DNA from: Armatimonadota bacterium
Lineage (GTDB): Bacteria > Armatimonadota > Fimbriimonadia > Fimbriimonadales > GBS-DC
Direction of reading: 5' to 3'
NCBI GenBank assembly: GCA_037444405.1
Contig: JBBIML010000007.1
Coordinates: forward strand, 160,001 to 224,000
DNA length: 64,000 nucleotides
The notes beneath the pieces were generated by a model. The model did no database searches and was not told where the DNA came from. It was given only the letters and a program-made list of their open reading frames with translations. The number at the start of each line of letters is the position of its first letter. Positions within the stretch are counted from its first letter, which is position 1. The position numbers were made by a program, and so were the translations under genes. Below, piece after piece: positions 60,714 through 64,000 of the stretch.

Positions 60714-61964
60714 CTAACATCCGCTGCCGAAGTTGAACAGCACAATTAACAAGTCGGTGTCGTCCACAGTTCCATCGCAGTTGACATCCACGCGCCCCAG
60801 GTCGGAGCCACTGTTGCCAAATGCGAATAGTACAAACAGATCGATGTCATCTACGCAGCCACTGCCATCCACATCGCCATTATGTGAAATGCAGCTCGTA
60901 TCCAGCAAAAACGCCTCATAGCGCCCTGTCGCCGCGTTATAGCCCCGCCCCACGATACAGCGGCCATCAGGACTGATGGCATAGGCTTCTGTTAGCACTG
61001 AGCCGCCCGTGAGCAGGCGGGCATAGGTCTGGTTCAGGTCTTCCATCCCGCCGCTTGCTGTCCAGCGAAAGGCACGAACAGCGCCGCTGGCGTTGTCTGC
61101 CCAGCCAACGACCACAGAACCGTCCGCTGAAACCCCATGAGCCTCGCTGTAGTTGCCGCCCAGTGTGCCAAGATCTTGCATCCCCCTTGCCGTCCAGCGA
61201 AAGGCACGCCAATCACCACTGGCGTTTTGTGCCCTACCGACTACCACTGAGCCACCCGCCGAGACGCCATAAGCATAGCTCGAATCACCTCCAAGCGTGC
61301 CCAGATCTCGCATGCCTCCTGCTTCCGTCCAGCGAAAGGCACGAGGCTGACCGCCAGTGTCTCGTGCCCAGCCCACCACGACCAAGCCGTTCGCTGAGGC
61401 AGCTATAGCTCCACTCCAATCGCCTCCCAGTGTACCGAGGTTCTGCATCCCACCACCTGGCGTCCAGCGGAAGGCACGAGGCTGACGGCTCGCGTTGTAT
61501 GCCCAGCCGACCACAGTCAAGCCATCTGCCGAGACACCCCACGCCGCACTGCAGCAACCTCCAAATGCGCCAAGGTCTCGCATTCCCGTCGCCTGCGTCC
61601 AGCGAAAGGCACGCTGGGTACCAGCATCAGTTGCCCAACCTACCACCACCGCGCCGTCCGCTGAAACGCCCCAGGCTTCGCTCTCCCCCCACTCGCCTCC
61701 GAGATAACCCAAATCTTGCATGCCACCTGCTCTCGTCCAGCGAAAGGCATGAACAAAACCAGTAGCGTCGTATGCAGCCTTACCTACGACCACACTCCCA
61801 TCCGCTGAAACGCCGTAAGCCGCGCTCTGGTTGCCTCCCAGAGTGCCCAGCCAGTAGAGCCGCTGTGCGGGCAACACCGCAAGCATCATCAGTCCCATCA
61901 ACAACACACCACTCAGTCGCGCACCCAGCGCGACAAGCCCTCGGTTCCTTTGCACTGTCTGCAT
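60714..61964 (-). CDS. Secreted HAF-repeat (beta-propeller) protein with a dockerin-like tail
   Basis: Six AFRWT...M.DLG..GG...A.GVSADG..VVG repeats; tail DVNCDGTVDDTDLLIVLFNFGSGC; AAGGAGG SD. Confidence 0.88.
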   Translation of the reverse strand: MQTVQRNRGLVALGARLSGVLLMGLMMLAVLPAQRLYWLGTLGGNQSAAYGVSADGSVVVGKAAYDATGFVHAFRWTRAGGMQDLGYLGGEWGESEAWGVSADGAVVVGWATDAGTQRAFRWTQATGMRDLGAFGGCCSAAWGVSADGLTVVGWAYNASRQPRAFRWTPGGGMQNLGTLGGDWSGAIAASANGLVVVGWARDTGGQPRAFRWTEAGGMRDLGTLGGDSSYAYGVSAGGSVVVGRAQNASGDWRAFRWTARGMQDLGTLGGNYSEAHGVSADGSVVVGWADNASGAVRAFRWTASGGMEDLNQTYARLLTGGSVLTEAYAISPDGRCIVGRGYNAATGRYEAFLLDTSCISHNGDVDGSGCVDDIDLFVLFAFGNSGSDLGRVDVNCDGTVDDTDLLIVLFNFGSGC

Positions 61965-62084
61965 CGTATTGACCTCCTTCCAAAAAGTGTTTCGCAGGGG
62001 AGAGGCGTCGCTCTCCTGAAACCTATTATACACCACTTTTGCGGGGAAACGAAAAAGGCTTTAGTCCCCATTGGTCTTCTTGAC

Positions 62085-62933
62085 TTAACTCCACTCCACC
62101 TCCACCCACTCAATCCCGTCCCAGCCGTGGAAGCGGCGCTTCATCACCTCAATCGCTTCGGGGTTGTTGTCCACCAGAATGAACCGCCTGCCCAGTTCCA
62201 GCGCGGCGACGCCCGTCGTGCCGCTCCCCGCGAAAAAGTCCAGCACCAGATCGCCAGGGCGCGACGAGGCGCGGATGATTCGGCGCAAAATGCCCAGCGG
62301 CTTCTGAGTCGGGTAGCCCACGCGCTCTTTGCTATTGGTGGGCACAATCGTGTGCCACCACACATCGGTCGGCAGCTTGCCCCACTGCGCCTTCTCCGCG
62401 CCCACCAGCCCCGGCGCCATGTAGGGAATGCGGTCTATCTCGTCGGTATTGAAGATGTAGCGGTCGGGGTCTTTCACATAGAGCAGGATGTTGTCGTGCT
62501 TGGGGGGCCACTTGCGGCGGGGGCGTCCACCGTAGTCATACGCCCAGATAATCTCGTTCAGGAAACACTCCCGCCCGAAGATGGCGTCCAGCAGAACCTT
62601 GCAGTAATGCACCTCGCGGTAGTCGATATGAAAGTAGAGGCTGCCGTGCGGCGCGAGCACACGATGCGCCTCCAGCAGGCGCGGCTCCAGAAAGGCGAGA
62701 TAGTCATCAAAAATGTCCACAAAACTCCGCGAGCCGAGCATGAGCGTGCGATAGCGTTTGCCGCCGAAGCCGACCCGATCGCCCGTTTCGGAGCGTACCG
62801 TGCGCAACGCCGTGTAGCGCTGTTCCCTGCCCGTGTTGAAAGGCGGGTCAATATAGATTAAATCCACCGACTCAGACGGCAGGATTTTCAGCACCTCCAG
62901 GTTATCGCCGAAATAGATACGCCCGCGCCACAT
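62085..62933 (-). CDS. Orphan N4/N6 DNA methyltransferase (beta class)
   Basis: YIDPPFN precedes YPTQKP and DFFAGSGTT. Confidence 0.9.
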   Translation of the reverse strand: MWRGRIYFGDNLEVLKILPSESVDLIYIDPPFNTGREQRYTALRTVRSETGDRVGFGGKRYRTLMLGSRSFVDIFDDYLAFLEPRLLEAHRVLAPHGSLYFHIDYREVHYCKVLLDAIFGRECFLNEIIWAYDYGGRPRRKWPPKHDNILLYVKDPDRYIFNTDEIDRIPYMAPGLVGAEKAQWGKLPTDVWWHTIVPTNSKERVGYPTQKPLGILRRIIRASSRPGDLVLDFFAGSGTTGVAALELGRRFILVDNNPEAIEVMKRRFHGWDGIEWVEVEWS

Positions 62934-62957
62934 CAGAAGGAAGGATACCCGACGCCT

Positions 62958-63839
62958 CTACGCGCCGATGCCCGACACGCCATGCACCCAGTAGGTGCAA
63001 TGCTCGCTGCCGTTGGGCAGGCGGAGACGCAGGCGGAAATCGGGTTCCACCTGAAGCGCAACGCCCACAGGCTGCTGGGGCAGGTCCAGCACCTGATAGG
63101 GGCGACCTGCGGAGGCGTCGCGTGCCCGCCAGATCGCGTGGATTCGTTGCGTACCCGCCTGCATAAAATCGGCGACGAGCGCGTGCAGGCGTGCGGCAAT
63201 CTCTTCAATCAGGCGCGTGCGTACCTCACGAGAGGAGATTGAATCTCCCTCCTCACCCGTACCCTTTCCCCCAGGGGGGGAGAGGGCTTCAGCGACTCGT
63301 TCGCCTTCTCCCCCGCTGGGCAAGAGGGGCTCGGAAACCCCCTCGCCCACAGCGTGGGAGAGGGGGCAGGGGGGTGAGCGGCTACCTCCGTATGTAATCG
63401 CCTGCCAGACCGAGATTGCGCTCGCCTGAAGCGGTTCAGGGAACTCGCGTTGCGCCAGATTGATGCCGAGACCCACCACCGCCACATTCTCTGCAATCTC
63501 CACCAGAATCCCGCCCAGCTTGCGACCATGCACCACCAGATCGTTGGGATACTTGAGCTGTACCTGCAGGGCGGGAAAGAGCCGCTCCAGCGATTCGGCG
63601 GCTGCAATCGCCGTCATCACGCCGATCAGCCCTGGCGGGTCGGGCAGCGGCGCATCCCACAGGATGAACGAGACCAGCAGGCTGGTGCCTGGTTCGTCGT
63701 GCCAGTGGGCGCCGCGTCGCCCGCGCCCTGCCGTCTGATGCTCGGCGCATACGGCGTCCCACGCCCGCTCGCCCCGCTGCACCAGCTCTATCGCCACCCG
63801 CTGCGTGCTGTCCACCTCATCCAGAAACAGAATCCGCAT
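62958..63839 (-). CDS. birA: Biotin-protein ligase (no HTH) with a repeat-derived insertion
   Basis: VDSTQ, QTAGRGRRG, KYPND, KLGGILVE, GLGIN. Confidence 0.9.
   Translation of the reverse strand: MRILFLDEVDSTQRVAIELVQRGERAWDAVCAEHQTAGRGRRGAHWHDEPGTSLLVSFILWDAPLPDPPGLIGVMTAIAAAESLERLFPALQVQLKYPNDLVVHGRKLGGILVEIAENVAVVGLGINLAQREFPEPLQASAISVWQAITYGGSRSPPCPLSHAVGEGVSEPLLPSGGEGERVAEALSPPGGKGTGEEGDSISSREVRTRLIEEIAARLHALVADFMQAGTQRIHAIWRARDASAGRPYQVLDLPQQPVGVALQVEPDFRLRLRLPNGSEHCTYWVHGVSGIGA
63248..63378. repeat. Three family A palindromes inside birA
   Basis: CCTCACCCGTACCCTTTCCC..GGGAGAGGG; CCCACAGCGTGGGAGAGGGG, the reverse complement of the core of the 37428 copy. Confidence 0.85.
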
Positions 63840-63848
63840 CCGCCCCGA

Positions 63849-63903
63849 TTTTACCAAACCTTAACGGGGCTTAACCCCGCCTTAAAGCGAGCGACTGTAT
63901 GCT
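63849..63903 (+). promoter_or_regulatory. Phased CTTAAC repeats and a -10 element
   Basis: Units at 63849, 63860, 63870, 63881; TATGCT at 63898. Confidence 0.5.
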
Positions 63904-64000
63904 ACAGGTGTCATCGCTGGCGGCAGATTTTCTGCAGCCTCGTCCTCTCCCCTATGCCTGCGCGAGGGAAAAGATGCAATCCGCCGCACGGCACTCGCCC

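Noticed and set aside
62085..62933. Restriction-modification system
   Set aside because: No endonuclease is adjacent; treated as an orphan methyltransferase

Overview
GC-rich bacterial chromosomal window, about 58 genes, mostly housekeeping: miaB, thiG, nadC, argJ, queE, priA, rimO, tatA, rpsO, pnp, glpX, metK, Sua5/tsaC, murJ, rpmF, plsX, rpmA, hpf, ispDF, ECF sigma/anti-sigma/htrA and birA. The style of the accessory genes (three prepilin/H-X9-DG proteins, three secreted proteins sharing a dockerin-like C-terminal tail) suggests Armatimonadota; this is an inference, not a database result. I found no rRNA, tRNA, CRISPR array, prophage or intact IS. Most interesting: (1) a coupled tatA / tandem-domain protein / PqqD-RRE / minimal FtsX operon with no enzyme, ATPase or precursor peptide; (2) a dispersed palindromic repeat inserted in frame into birA; (3) one conserved Cys-bearing dockerin-like tail on three unrelated exported proteins; (4) a candidate ~90-nt sRNA, followed by a Sua5 gene that may start leaderless at ATT; (5) Pho-box-like CTTAAC repeats before a pilin-amylase-pilin operon; (6) a long rpsO leader hairpin. 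All product calls come from motif recognition by eye; no searches were run.
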